NCBI GenBank assembly: GCA_964352335.1
Contig: CAYGRO010000001.1
Location: 125,942 to 189,941 of the forward strand
DNA length: 64,000 nt
Source of the DNA: an uncultured Gammaproteobacteria bacterium
Lineage (GTDB): Bacteria; Patescibacteriota; Patescibacteriia; VMEV01; CAYQCH01
Direction of reading: 5' to 3'
Part shown: in pieces, positions 46,651 through 57,223 of the stretch
How positions within the stretch are numbered: position 1 is the first letter of the stretch
Layout of the letters: each line of letters opens with the position of its first letter
Position numbers and translations under genes: made by a program
The notes under the pieces: model-generated
The model's input: the letters and a program-made list of their open reading frames with translations, nothing else
Told to the model about the DNA's origin: nothing
The model's database searches: none

Positions 46651-47343
46651 ATGGAGCCCAATTATCTCGCTGCATTTGCAGCAACAGTTCTAGAGTCTTT
46701 TAATAAAGTGTGGGTAGGTTTACTTAACTTACTTCCAAGTATGATTGCGGCATTATTCGTATTGGTCATTGGTTGGCTAGCTGCATCATGGCTGGGTAAA
46801 CTCGTTACAAAAGTTGTCGAGTTTACAAAAGTAGATGATATTATCGATAAAGCAGGTTTAGACAAAAGTCTTGCTGATGCTGGAATCGAATTTAATTTAG
46901 CTAAATTGGTAGGGTGGCTAGTTAAATGGTTCATTATCGTGGTTGTTCTTATTGCTGTAGCCGAAATTTTAGGTCTAGACCAAATCACAAACTTCTTAGA
47001 AACAATTGCATTATATATTCCAAATATTATTATTGCTGTTGTTATCTTACTTGTTGGTTTAGTTGTAGGAAATTTTGTCGACAAAGTTGTTCATAAAGCG
47101 GTTCAAGCAAGTAGATTAAGTTCTGCGGCAGGAGCTTTATCAGCTATCGCAAAATGGGCAATTATTACATTTACTGTTCTAGCTGCATTAACACATCTTA
47201 AAATTGCACAAGAATTAATCCAAACATTATTCATGGGATTAGTCGGAATGCTTGCCTTAGCAGGTGGACTAGCCTTTGGACTTGGAGGAAAAGAAGCAGC
47301 TCGTGAATTGATTGATACAATCAAGCGCGATGTACAAAAATAG
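46651..47343 (+). CDS. MscS-related TM-helix repeat protein (CmpX-like)
   Basis: Repeated P.II.A..IL..G motif; ALAGGLAFGLGG. Confidence 0.88.
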   Translation: MEPNYLAAFAATVLESFNKVWVGLLNLLPSMIAALFVLVIGWLAASWLGKLVTKVVEFTKVDDIIDKAGLDKSLADAGIEFNLAKLVGWLVKWFIIVVVLIAVAEILGLDQITNFLETIALYIPNIIIAVVILLVGLVVGNFVDKVVHKAVQASRLSSAAGALSAIAKWAIITFTVLAALTHLKIAQELIQTLFMGLVGMLALAGGLAFGLGGKEAARELIDTIKRDVQK

Positions 47344-47406
47344 GTAGAGCAACGTATTTGCCAATAAAAAATCACCCCTGAATAAAGGGTGATTTTTTAT
47401 TTGTCA

Positions 47407-49839
47407 TTATAATGCTCCTAATGAAAACCCTAGATAACCAACCAAAACAATGAAAATAAAGATGGATAGATAAAATACCCCATTAGAATACAATTTATTT
47501 TTCACGGTTAAAGATTTTAATCTCACACTATTTAAGACGACTGAAATTGAACTAAAAGCCATCGCAGCACTAGCAATAACGGGAGATAGCAATAAACCAA
47601 GCCCAGGGTAAAGAACTCCTGCTGCCACGGGAATAGCGATAATATTATACCCAAAGGCCCAAAAGAGGTTTTGTTTAATCACCCCAAGTGTTAACTTGGA
47701 TAATTCAATTGTTTCGATTACTTTATCTAATGTTCCGTTGACTAAGACAATATCTGCTGATTCAATCGCAACATCAGTCCCTGTTCCCATGGCAATTCCA
47801 ATTGTTGCTTGTGCCAGTGCAGGTGCGTCATTAATACCATCACCAACCATCGCAATAACTTGATTTGGATATTGTTGTTGTAATTCTTTAATTTTATTTG
47901 CTTTATCCTGAGGAAGAACTTCAGCAATAACAGAATCAATACCTAATTGTTTCGCAATTGCTGTTGCTGTCACTTTATTATCTCCCGTTAACATAACAAC
48001 TTGTATACCAAGCTCATGTAATCTTTTCACGGCAACTTCTGCTTCTGCTTTAATGACATCCGCTAATGCAAAGGTCGCAACATGCTTATTATTTATTGCC
48101 ATAAAGACAACCGTTTTTCCTTCTACACTTAAATTAGCCGATTGCTTCATCAAAACAGAATTCTCGCGAATGGAGTTTTCTTTAAATAGTAACGCATTCC
48201 CAATCAATACAGTTTTATTATCAATTTTAGCAGAGACACCACGACCTTCTACAGCCTCAAAACCTTGTACGTCTAGTGACAATTTATTATGCAAGCTAAA
48301 TTTTGCAATCGCATCTGACAACGGATGTTCCGACAAAGATTCAATTGCATGAGCAAAAGCTAAAACTTCATTTTCTTTTACCTCTTCCGCAAAAAACACA
48401 TCTGTTACTTCTGGCTTACCTTTTGTGAGTGTTCCTGTTTTATCAAAGACAATGGTATGAATTTTATGAGCTTGCTCTAGACTTTCTGCATTTTTAACCA
48501 AAATCCCTTTACTTGCTGATTTACCAGTACCGACCATTACCGCCGTTGGAGTTGCCAAACCAAGAGCACATGGGCAAGCAATAATCAATATTGTTGCCGC
48601 GATATAGACGGCCAACTGTAATAACGAACCCTCACTTTGCGTAAACCCTAATTGTGGTGAAACAAAAAGCCAAAAAAGAAAACCACTAATCGCAATTGCA
48701 ATAACGACAGGAACAAATACAGAAGAAATAGCATCAGCTCTTTTTTGAATAGGAGCCGTTGTCCCTTGAGCTTCTTCAACCATTTGAATAATTGTAGCAA
48801 GCATGGTTTCTTTACCAACTTTATCTGCGGTAAATTGAAAACTTCCTGTTTTATTAATGGTTGCACCAATAACTTTATCCCCAATCTTTTTATCTACAGG
48901 TAAAGACTCTCCCGTAACCATAGATTCATCTAAAGTGCTTGAACCTTTAATAATTGTTCCATCAACAGGGATTTTTTCACCAGGGCGAACCACAATGATA
49001 TCTCCAGCCACTACTTCTTCAATTGAAATTCGTACCTCTTGATTATCACGTAAAACAACGGCATCTTTTGCTTGGAGTTCAAGTAATTTTTTGATGGCAT
49101 CATTTGCCTGTCCTTTTGCTCGAGCTTCTAATAATCTTCCCAAGAGAATAAAAAAGACAATAAAGACGGCTGCTTCATAAAATACATCAACCTCAATTGA
49201 ACCAAAAACCGAAGGAGCAAATGTAACAATCGCAGAAAACAACCATGCTGTTGTTGTTCCTAAGGCTATTAATGTATCCATATTTGCTGCCCCCGCCTTA
49301 AGAGCATTCCAAGTACTGGTATAAAATTGTTTTCCACCAATAAATAAAATTGGAGTAGTAATCAAAAACTGAATCAAAAAGAAAAGATTGATTGAATACG
49401 ATGAATTACTCAAAGTGAACATACCCAATGGATTATGACTACCACTAAATACCCCCACTGAAATACCAATCATCCTTGCCATAAGTAAAACAAAAGGAAT
49501 AGCACCTATTCCCACCCAAATAACAGTTCGTTTTAATTTTTGATAGTCTTTCTTTTTTAAAGCCGAGGCATGATCCATATGACCTCCATGCTTCATTTTT
49601 GAATGATCTTGTTCTTCAACAATGTCTGTAGCAATTAATTGGTAATTACCAGCTTTTTTTACCGCTTCTTTAATATCTTTTAATGAAACTTTTGTATGAT
49701 CATATTCAAGATAGATCTTTTCACTTGCATAGTTCACAGTAACAGAATGAACACCGTCAATTCTACTTACCATTTTTTCAATCAGCTGTTTACATGAAGC
49801 ACAATGCATTCCAATCACTGGATAAGTATCTTTTTTCAT
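47407..49839 (-). CDS. copA: Copper-translocating P1B ATPase
   Basis: [34 protein letters not shown] and MAFSS motifs. Confidence 0.96.
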   Translation of the reverse strand: MKKDTYPVIGMHCASCKQLIEKMVSRIDGVHSVTVNYASEKIYLEYDHTKVSLKDIKEAVKKAGNYQLIATDIVEEQDHSKMKHGGHMDHASALKKKDYQKLKRTVIWVGIGAIPFVLLMARMIGISVGVFSGSHNPLGMFTLSNSSYSINLFFLIQFLITTPILFIGGKQFYTSTWNALKAGAANMDTLIALGTTTAWLFSAIVTFAPSVFGSIEVDVFYEAAVFIVFFILLGRLLEARAKGQANDAIKKLLELQAKDAVVLRDNQEVRISIEEVVAGDIIVVRPGEKIPVDGTIIKGSSTLDESMVTGESLPVDKKIGDKVIGATINKTGSFQFTADKVGKETMLATIIQMVEEAQGTTAPIQKRADAISSVFVPVVIAIAISGFLFWLFVSPQLGFTQSEGSLLQLAVYIAATILIIACPCALGLATPTAVMVGTGKSASKGILVKNAESLEQAHKIHTIVFDKTGTLTKGKPEVTDVFFAEEVKENEVLAFAHAIESLSEHPLSDAIAKFSLHNKLSLDVQGFEAVEGRGVSAKIDNKTVLIGNALLFKENSIRENSVLMKQSANLSVEGKTVVFMAINNKHVATFALADVIKAEAEVAVKRLHELGIQVVMLTGDNKVTATAIAKQLGIDSVIAEVLPQDKANKIKELQQQYPNQVIAMVGDGINDAPALAQATIGIAMGTGTDVAIESADIVLVNGTLDKVIETIELSKLTLGVIKQNLFWAFGYNIIAIPVAAGVLYPGLGLLLSPVIASAAMAFSSISVVLNSVRLKSLTVKNKLYSNGVFYLSIFIFIVLVGYLGFSLGAL

Positions 49840-49851
49840 AAAATAAATAAG

Positions 49852-50067
49852 TTACGATGCCTTATATTCACCCATGGCATTAATAATGGTAAGAATTTTT
49901 TCTCTGTCTTCTTTTTTTGCTTCTTCCGTAAGTGAAAGTGTGCCCAAATTCTCTTCTTCTTGTACAAAACTTGCCACAAACTTTTTTAGCCCTGCATCTT
50001 CTAATTCTATTGAGATAAGTTTTTGACAAGCATCACAATGTATTCCTTGAATTGTTATTTTTTCCAT
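49852..50067 (-). CDS. Heavy-metal-associated (CopZ-like) protein
   Basis: GIHCDAC motif; ATG at 50067. Confidence 0.85.
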   Translation of the reverse strand: MEKITIQGIHCDACQKLISIELEDAGLKKFVASFVQEEENLGTLSLTEEAKKEDREKILTIINAMGEYKAS

Positions 50068-50069
50068 AC

Positions 50070-51506
50070 CTATTGAAACGTTATTGTTAAAGGTGGGACC
50101 ATCCCCATAGAACACGTTATTTTATAGCTTCCTTTTGTGGGAGAACCTAAGTCAATTGCATTTAATCCAGGAACAAGAGAAACGAAACCAGAAATCAACC
50201 CTCGAGACGCAAGATAATTCCCGCAACCTAATACCCCTTTATTATCTACAAGCAATGTCGTTGGCGTATCAGCAGTAAAGACTGTTGGCCCATTCGCAAG
50301 ATAATCAAATCCTTGTGCAATGATTTGTATTTCTTGTTTTTCTCCATTAATAACTTGCTCAGAAATAACAGCTACTTCTTTTTCGCTTGTAAAATCAATA
50401 TCGCTTAAACTAGGTAATCCAAGTACATTTAATTGACCATTTACATTATAGAGCGCAAAGAAAAGGACAATAAGTCCAGCAATATGGGAAAATTTCGCAG
50501 TCATCTTTGGCTTTTTTGTTAATGTAAGTCCTGTAATACTAATCCCTAATAACATCGGTAACGTTCCAAGTGCAAAGAAAAACATAATCATCGCACCTTG
50601 GAAAAAACTCCCTGTTGTAAGCGCCACACCTTGAGCAATTAGTGTAAAACCACAAGGTAGAAAAAAGGTTAATACACCCGTAAGAAACGGGATATGTTTT
50701 CCAGAAAGAGTATTTTCATTCGCAGCGGCTCTTGTGATAAATTTTGGTAAACGAAAATGAATTTTTTGAGCCCACTGTACCCCCAACATTTGCAAAGCCA
50801 AAATAAACATGATCAAAGAAACACCAATGACTAGAGTTGCATAAACGGTAGCATTGTCTAAGGAAACAACTTCTCCTAATAACCCTAAAAGCCCACCTAA
50901 AAGAAAAAAGGAAATTAATCTTCCAAAATGGAAAAGAATATGTGGAACTTTTCTTGCCGCTTGGTTTTCATGACCGAGATATAATTCATTCCAACGCTTA
51001 ATAAGTGAAAGTAATATCCCCCCAATAAGAGCAGCGCAACTAGAAACCCCAGCAACAAGACCAAGAAGAAAAAAGCCAATAAGTGAAGAAGATCCATCTA
51101 TTGAGATAAACCTTCCAAATTGCATTTTCTCTAAAATAAAAAAGAGCAATAAAAAGGAAAGAAAAACTACCAATGTTTTTACGAATGTACTTACTTTTTG
51201 TTTATTCAATACAAGCTCACCAGATGTATACGAAAATAAGGGTGCCTTGTCATTAGGAAATGGAGTTTTTGAAAACTCATACCCATCTTCTTTGAAAAGT
51301 TCATTCAACTCATCTAAATCTATATACTCCCCTCGTTCAACATATACTTTGGCACTATTATCACTAATCGAAACATCGGCGGTAACGACTTGTGGCTTTT
51401 TTAATAAACGTTTTTCAATCAAAATTTCGCAAGAGGAACAATGCATCCCTTTTACATAGAGAATTGTTTCCTTGGGTTTTCGCTTCTCATTATTAATTTC
51501 AGACAT
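50070..51506 (-). CDS. HMA + DsbD_2/TauE-like TM + cupredoxin-like fusion protein
   Basis: GMHCSSC, SSC.A..GG, FLPCGF and C-terminal TCSMGM motifs. Confidence 0.88.
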   Translation of the reverse strand: MSEINNEKRKPKETILYVKGMHCSSCEILIEKRLLKKPQVVTADVSISDNSAKVYVERGEYIDLDELNELFKEDGYEFSKTPFPNDKAPLFSYTSGELVLNKQKVSTFVKTLVVFLSFLLLFFILEKMQFGRFISIDGSSSLIGFFLLGLVAGVSSCAALIGGILLSLIKRWNELYLGHENQAARKVPHILFHFGRLISFFLLGGLLGLLGEVVSLDNATVYATLVIGVSLIMFILALQMLGVQWAQKIHFRLPKFITRAAANENTLSGKHIPFLTGVLTFFLPCGFTLIAQGVALTTGSFFQGAMIMFFFALGTLPMLLGISITGLTLTKKPKMTAKFSHIAGLIVLFFALYNVNGQLNVLGLPSLSDIDFTSEKEVAVISEQVINGEKQEIQIIAQGFDYLANGPTVFTADTPTTLLVDNKGVLGCGNYLASRGLISGFVSLVPGLNAIDLGSPTKGSYKITCSMGMVPPLTITFQ

Positions 51507-51509
51507 ACT

Positions 51510-51782
51510 CTAATTACTCTTTCTTGTTAATTGATAAATTTTCATTAATTCGTCAACCGCTTTTTTTGTTTTCCCTTCTATCATTTGGCGTTTCACACAA
51601 GAATTCAAATGACCTTCAAGCAATTTTGCATCCACTTGTTTTAACGCATTTTGCGCAGCCAGTGACTGCGTTAATACATCGGGGCAATAATTATCACTTT
51701 CCACAGCATCAATAAGTCCTTGAATTTGACCTTTGATAATTTTTAAACGATGTAAGGCACTTTTTTTCGTTTCAGCGAGCAT
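51510..51782 (-). CDS. csoR: CsoR/RcnR family copper-sensing repressor
   Basis: RLKIIKGQ, YCPDVL.Q and H.NSC motifs. Confidence 0.92.
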   Translation of the reverse strand: MLAETKKSALHRLKIIKGQIQGLIDAVESDNYCPDVLTQSLAAQNALKQVDAKLLEGHLNSCVKRQMIEGKTKKAVDELMKIYQLTRKSN

Positions 51783-51821
51783 AGTGTTTTAAATGAATAC
51801 TTAATGAAATCCATACTATTT

Positions 51822-51842
51822 TAATACCCTAGGGGGGTATTA
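51822..51842. promoter_or_regulatory. CsoR operator
   Basis: TAATACCCTAGGGGGGTATTA, a TAC/GTA inverted repeat around a C/G tract, 40 bp upstream of csoR. Confidence 0.85.
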
Positions 51843-52119
51843 CAAGAATATCCCATCTTTCTTTCAATGTCTAGTAAAAAACTCTCTTCTTTTTTAAAAA
51901 GTGCAATTTATATCCACATTTCATTGTCTCTCCCCCTACCAAGTGGGCCCTGACTGTCGGCAAGTAGGGATGTCTGACAGACAAAGGGGGTATAACCATT
52001 TACAAATAAAAAAGCCTCTCCATTTGGAGGGCTTTTTCTTAATTTATTTCGAACCAGACAATATTCCAGGTTATCTGTAAAGTTCCGTACTCCGCTAAGC
52101 TTTGATAAAATACTTAGGC

Positions 52120-52659
52120 TTAACCTTGCAATTCATTGTCCTTAAAAATTCGACTTCCTACTGTTTTCACTTGCCCCTGGTATTTACCTCGGTAAGGATG
52201 CTCTGCCTTTTTATCCATTTTACAAAAGACTAATTGGCAAACGCGTCGTCCAGCTTCTAAGCGAATAGGAAGTGAATTTGCATTGTAAAGTTCTAAGGTA
52301 ATTCGTCCTTCAAAACCAGCATCTACCCAACCAGCATTTTCGATGAAGAGACCAAGACGACCAATAGAGCTTCGGCCTTCTACGAAAGCGGTTACATCAT
52401 CTGGAAGTTTAATATATTCCATAGTGGTAGCAAGTAGAAAGGAACGTGGTGGAATGGTAATAGAATCTGCTTCAAATTCTCTATACGTAATTTCAGAATC
52501 AAGCGAGATAATTTCCATCCCCTTATCTTCTACATCTAAAAAGTTGGTTCCGAGCCGACAGTCAATTGAACTACATTGGATAGAGTCAGGCACAAGAGGT
52601 TCGCAAACCAATTCTCCTTTTGCCATCATTTCTTTAAGCGTTCCATCAGATAAAATCAT
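52120..52659 (-). CDS. dcd: dCTP deaminase
   Basis: MILSD, SID.RLG, GRSSIGRLG, AG.VD.GF.G.ITLEL and YRGKYQGQ motifs. Confidence 0.95.
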   Translation of the reverse strand: MILSDGTLKEMMAKGELVCEPLVPDSIQCSSIDCRLGTNFLDVEDKGMEIISLDSEITYREFEADSITIPPRSFLLATTMEYIKLPDDVTAFVEGRSSIGRLGLFIENAGWVDAGFEGRITLELYNANSLPIRLEAGRRVCQLVFCKMDKKAEHPYRGKYQGQVKTVGSRIFKDNELQG

Positions 52660-52736
52660 ATGATCTAGCAGGTTTAATACAATAGGTACTAGGATAGTAC
52701 CGAAAAAGATTTAATTCAGCAAATAATTTTTTCCTT

Positions 52737-53666
52737 ATGAAACAATATTTAGACCTTTTGCAACATATTACTGATCATGGAGTTCAAAAAGATGACCGTA
52801 CTAATACCGGAACAAAAAGTATCTTCGGTTATCAAATGCGATTTGACCTAGCAAATGGCTTTCCACTTGTAACAACAAAAAAAACTTACCTAAAAGCAAT
52901 CATTCATGAATTATTATGGTTCTTACAAGGAGCTACAAATATTCAATACCTTGTAAAAAACAATGTTCGTATTTGGAATGAATGGTCTTACCAAATTTAT
53001 TTAGAAGAAAATAACTTAGAAGAAAAATACCCTCGGTATTCAGAAGAATGGACAGCTCACTTAGCTGAATTTGTCGAAAATATTAAAACCGATGATGAAT
53101 TTGCAAAAAAATGGGGTGAACTTGGTCCTATTTATGGAAAACAATGGACACGATGGGAAGGACCAAATGGTGTAGAGATCAATCAAATCCAAAACTGCAT
53201 CGATATGATTAAAAACAAACCAACTTCACGAAGAATTATGGTAAGTGGTTGGAATGTTGGTGAAATTCAAGAGCTTATCAAAAGTGATCATCATGCCCCC
53301 CCACCATGTCATAGTCTTTTCCAATTTATGGTCATTAATGGAAAACTTTCTTGCCAACTTTACCAAAGAAGTGCCGATGTTTTCTTAGGTGTTCCTTTTA
53401 ATATTGCTTCATACGCATTACTCACAATGATGATGGCTCAAGTAACAGGACTAGAACCAGGAGAATTTGTACATACTTTTGGAGATGTTCATATTTACAA
53501 TAATCATGTTGACCAGGTAAAAGAACAACTTTCTCGAGAACCAAGACCATTGCCAACTATGAAATTAAACCCTGAGGTAAAAGATATTTTTGCTTTCAAA
53601 TACGAAGACTTTACCTTAGAAGGATACGACCCTCATCCACCTATTAAAGCGCCTATCGCTGTATAA
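52737..53666 (+). CDS. thyA: Thymidylate synthase
   Basis: DRT.TGT, ELLWF, PPCH and [17 protein letters not shown] motifs. Confidence 0.97.
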   Translation: MKQYLDLLQHITDHGVQKDDRTNTGTKSIFGYQMRFDLANGFPLVTTKKTYLKAIIHELLWFLQGATNIQYLVKNNVRIWNEWSYQIYLEENNLEEKYPRYSEEWTAHLAEFVENIKTDDEFAKKWGELGPIYGKQWTRWEGPNGVEINQIQNCIDMIKNKPTSRRIMVSGWNVGEIQELIKSDHHAPPPCHSLFQFMVINGKLSCQLYQRSADVFLGVPFNIASYALLTMMMAQVTGLEPGEFVHTFGDVHIYNNHVDQVKEQLSREPRPLPTMKLNPEVKDIFAFKYEDFTLEGYDPHPPIKAPIAV

Positions 53667-53669
53667 CTT

Positions 53670-54188
53670 ATGACTAGACCCACTGTTATTCTTGTCATGG
53701 CCATGTCTGCCGACGGTTTCATTACCAAACATCAAGGCGGACTTGTCGACTGGACAAGCAAAGAAGATAAAAAACATTTTCGAACCATTACCAAAGAAGT
53801 CGGCGCTGTTATTTATGGAAAAAAAACATTCGACACTTTTCCTGGCCCATTACCCGACAGATTAAACCTTATCATGACGAGAACCCCAGAAGGATTAGAG
53901 CAAGAAGAAGGTATTTTAGAGTTTACCAATGCCGAGCCTTTAGCCATTCTAAAAGATTTAGCCAAACGAGAATTTGAACAAGTTGTTTTAGGTGGTGGTT
54001 CTCAAATTAATAAACTCTTTTTAGAACAAAACTTAGTAGATGAAATCTATCTAACGATTGAGCCTAAATTATTTGGCTCAGGTCACCCACTTTTGTCTGA
54101 AGCTATAATTGATTTAGATTTAGAATTAATTCATCTTACAAATTTAACGGCTGATAGCATTCTTCTTCACTACAAAGTAAAAAAATAA
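53670..54188 (+). CDS. folA: Dihydrofolate reductase family protein
   Basis: A.S.DG.I, W...ED..HF, G.KTF, PLP.R.N and GG motifs; directly after thyA. Confidence 0.85.
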   Translation: MTRPTVILVMAMSADGFITKHQGGLVDWTSKEDKKHFRTITKEVGAVIYGKKTFDTFPGPLPDRLNLIMTRTPEGLEQEEGILEFTNAEPLAILKDLAKREFEQVVLGGGSQINKLFLEQNLVDEIYLTIEPKLFGSGHPLLSEAIIDLDLELIHLTNLTADSILLHYKVKK

Positions 54189-54189
54189 C

Positions 54190-54630
54190 ATGGAAAAACC
54201 ATTCTCACTATACGTTGCTGGACCACTTACCCATCTCAAAGACCCTGAGATTAAAAATTTGTATATCAAAATTGGGATGATGGCAACTGAGCTTGGAATA
54301 AACGCTATTGTTCCTCATGTAGATATTGAACAAAATGCAGATATGGTAACTCCACAATTTATTTACCATGCAGACAGCAAGGCGGTAAGAGAAGCTGATA
54401 TGATGGTAGCCTATGTGGGAGAAACATCATTGGGAGTGGGGATGGAATTAGAAGTTGCCAATCAAAATAATACGCTCTTCGTTTTAATCAGTGAAAAAGG
54501 GACCCATATTTCTCGTATGGTCTTGGGAAGTCCAAACCTGATTAAACATATTGAATTTGATTCCCCTCAACATGCTTTAGATCAATTAAAAGAAGTCTTT
54601 ACCATGTGTCTTAATTCATTACGTAAATAA
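54190..54630 (+). CDS. Nucleoside 2-deoxyribosyltransferase/DNPH1(Rcl)-like N-glycosidase
   Basis: YVAGP...D...V.EAD..VA.....SLGVGMEL pattern. Confidence 0.8.
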   Translation: MEKPFSLYVAGPLTHLKDPEIKNLYIKIGMMATELGINAIVPHVDIEQNADMVTPQFIYHADSKAVREADMMVAYVGETSLGVGMELEVANQNNTLFVLISEKGTHISRMVLGSPNLIKHIEFDSPQHALDQLKEVFTMCLNSLRK

Positions 54631-54709
54631 ATACATGGTATATGGGCCATCGGACACGTAGTATTTAACAATATTGTCCCATGCACCATATACCATGCCT
54701 CATATCCAT

Positions 54710-55123
54710 ATGAATAAAATCGCCTATATCGCAGGAGCTATTACGCATCTTGCTGACGAAGAATATCTAAATTGGTATGAAGCTATTGGAAAAGCTTTGG
54801 AAGAGCATGGGTATGAAGCCTTCATTCCTCATCGTGATATTCATGTTCCTAAACATGCTGATCCACAAGAGATCCATCCTAGAAACCATGAAGCCGCTAA
54901 ACAAGCGGATATTATCATCGCTTATGTGGGTCGCCCATCACTCGGTGTAGGGATGACACTTGAACTCGCATTCAACGAAGGAATTCGAACTATTTTACTC
55001 TCTGAACAAGATGCTACGATTTCCGAAATGGTTCTCTCTTTACCAAATGTCATTGAACATATTCGATTTAATAATAAAGACGTTGCTATAGATGAATTAG
55101 TAGAATTTGTCGCCCAGCTTTAA
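54710..55123 (+). CDS. Second NDT/DNPH1-like paralog
   Basis: YIAGA...ADIIIAYVGRPSLGVGMTLE pattern. Confidence 0.78.
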   Translation: MNKIAYIAGAITHLADEEYLNWYEAIGKALEEHGYEAFIPHRDIHVPKHADPQEIHPRNHEAAKQADIIIAYVGRPSLGVGMTLELAFNEGIRTILLSEQDATISEMVLSLPNVIEHIRFNNKDVAIDELVEFVAQL

Positions 55124-55133
55124 CCTCAGATTT

Positions 55134-56282
55134 ATGAGAACGCATGAAGAAATGATCAAAGAATTTGACCAAAATCTTGCTCCCTATGCAATAAAAAATG
55201 CAGGAGAACATGGACGAGTTTACCTAGAACAACACCATAGCGCCAAGCTTCCTTTTCAAAGAGATCGTGATCGCATTATTCATTGCAAAGCTTTTCGTCG
55301 TTTAAAACATAAAACACAAGTACTGGTTAGCCCAAAAGATGACCATGTTCGAGATAGACTAACCCATAGTATTGAAGGCGCTCAAATTGTGCGTGGGCTT
55401 TGTCGGTCTTTACGCTTGAATGAAGACCTGGCAGAAGCGGCTATTTTAGCTCATGATCTTGGCCACCCACCATTTGGACATGAAGGAGAATATGCTTTAC
55501 ACGAAATGATGCAAGAATTTAATTTAGCATTTGATCATAATGAACATAGTTATAGAATAGTAACTGAATTAGAACAAAGTTATCCAGATTTCCCTGGACT
55601 AAATTTAACCCAAGAAACTCGCGCCGCTATTCAAAAACATCATGTCCCTTGGGAAATGAAATCTGCGACAACGCCACATCAAGCAAGCCTAGAAGCACAA
55701 CTTGTAAACCTTGCTGACGAAATCGCTTATTACTCACATGATATTGACGATGGATTACGTTCAACTATTTTAAAAATTGATGATCTCTTGCAATTAGAAA
55801 TAGGGCAACTTGCTTTAGAAGTTATTCGTAATCGATACACAAAATTAGAAAAAGATTCTCCATTTTTTCAAGCACAATTAGTGCGATCTGTTTTACATTT
55901 ACTTTCGAAAGATATTACAGAAAACACCTCTTCTCGCATTACAGCTCTAAATATACAAACCGTAGATGATATTTACACTTTAGATAAACCAGTTGCGAAC
56001 TATAGCCCTGCCATTGAAGAGGCCACATTAGAACTAAGAAAATACCTCTATAAAAACTTCTACCACTCTCAAGAAGTAAGTAAGTTCACACATGAAGGCA
56101 AACAACTATTAAAAGAACTCTTTGCTCGTCTCTATGAAGAACCAAGACACTTACCAGAAGATCAACAAAAATTAATTGACAATACTGTGTCAAAAGCTAT
56201 TGTGATAAAAGACTATATCGCAGGAATGACCGACAACTTCGCAATAGACTTAGTTAAGTCCTTAAGAAACAAGCTCATCTAG
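55134..56282 (+). CDS. dgt: Deoxyguanosinetriphosphate triphosphohydrolase
   Basis: FQRDRDRI, RRLKHKTQV, RLTHS, HDLGHPPFGH and DYIAGMTD motifs. Confidence 0.95.
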   Translation: MRTHEEMIKEFDQNLAPYAIKNAGEHGRVYLEQHHSAKLPFQRDRDRIIHCKAFRRLKHKTQVLVSPKDDHVRDRLTHSIEGAQIVRGLCRSLRLNEDLAEAAILAHDLGHPPFGHEGEYALHEMMQEFNLAFDHNEHSYRIVTELEQSYPDFPGLNLTQETRAAIQKHHVPWEMKSATTPHQASLEAQLVNLADEIAYYSHDIDDGLRSTILKIDDLLQLEIGQLALEVIRNRYTKLEKDSPFFQAQLVRSVLHLLSKDITENTSSRITALNIQTVDDIYTLDKPVANYSPAIEEATLELRKYLYKNFYHSQEVSKFTHEGKQLLKELFARLYEEPRHLPEDQQKLIDNTVSKAIVIKDYIAGMTDNFAIDLVKSLRNKLI

Positions 56283-56439
56283 GAGAGTGTGATGCGAATT
56301 TACGAATGCATTCGAATCTGCAAATAGGCTACGAATTAATCGCTAACCAATTTGAAGAATATTCGTAGATTAGTATAAATTCGTATATTCGCATCATACC
56401 ACCGTGATAAACACCCTTAACTTGTTAACGCTCAATTCT

Positions 56440-57168
56440 ATGGCTGGAAAATTAATTGTAATCGACGGAACTGATGGAAGTGGAAAAACCACTCAATTTA
56501 ATATGCTTTTAGATCGATTACATGAAGAAAATATCGACACGCAAACAAAAGACTTCCCTCAATACGGCAAAAAATCAGCCGGCCCTGTGGAAGAATACTT
56601 AAATGGAGCATACGGCGACTCTCAATCTGTTGGACCATACCGAGGCTCTATCCTTTTTGCCGTTGACCGATACGATGCAAGTTTTGAAATGAAAAAATGG
56701 TTAAGCGAAGATAAATTTGTTCTCTGTAATCGGTATGTCACTGCCAATATGATGCATCAAGGAGGAAAGATTAAAGACGCAAAAGAACGAACGAACTATT
56801 TTGAATGGTTAAAAAATTTGGAATACAATGTTTTTGAAATCCCTGAACCAGATATTAATCTTTTCTTACATGTTCCCCCAGCTATCGCGACGAAACTTGT
56901 AGAAAAAAAAGGGCATCGAGATTATATCGGCGGTGAAGGCAAAGATATGCACGAAGCAGACATGGAACATCAAAAAGATACAGAAAAAACGTTACTAGAA
57001 CTTGCTGAAACCATGCCTAATACCTTTTTAATTAAATGTGCACCAGAAGGAGAAATGTTAAGCCCGGAAGAAATTCATGCATTGATTTGGGAAGTTGTTG
57101 CAAAAGAAATTGGTAAGCCAATAAGCAGCCCATCAAAAGCCAAAGCAAAAGGCAAACTTGTTTTTTAA
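56440..57168 (+). CDS. tmk: Thymidylate kinase
   Basis: IDGTDGSGKTTQ P-loop; LFAVDR and NRY motifs. Confidence 0.9.
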   Translation: MAGKLIVIDGTDGSGKTTQFNMLLDRLHEENIDTQTKDFPQYGKKSAGPVEEYLNGAYGDSQSVGPYRGSILFAVDRYDASFEMKKWLSEDKFVLCNRYVTANMMHQGGKIKDAKERTNYFEWLKNLEYNVFEIPEPDINLFLHVPPAIATKLVEKKGHRDYIGGEGKDMHEADMEHQKDTEKTLLELAETMPNTFLIKCAPEGEMLSPEEIHALIWEVVAKEIGKPISSPSKAKAKGKLVF

Positions 57169-57223
57169 CAAAAAAGATATTTTTCGAGCCCCTACTCCAT
57201 GAGAGAAGTAGGGGCTCGTTTTG

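Noticed and set aside
47407-51842. Copper operon as a novel system
   Set aside because: The csoR-HMA/DsbD-copZ-copA arrangement with a CsoR operator is well known.
52120-56282. dcd and dgt as a nucleotide-depletion anti-phage system
   Set aside because: dcd is the housekeeping dUTPase-fold type, and the context is thymidylate synthesis with host-like composition.
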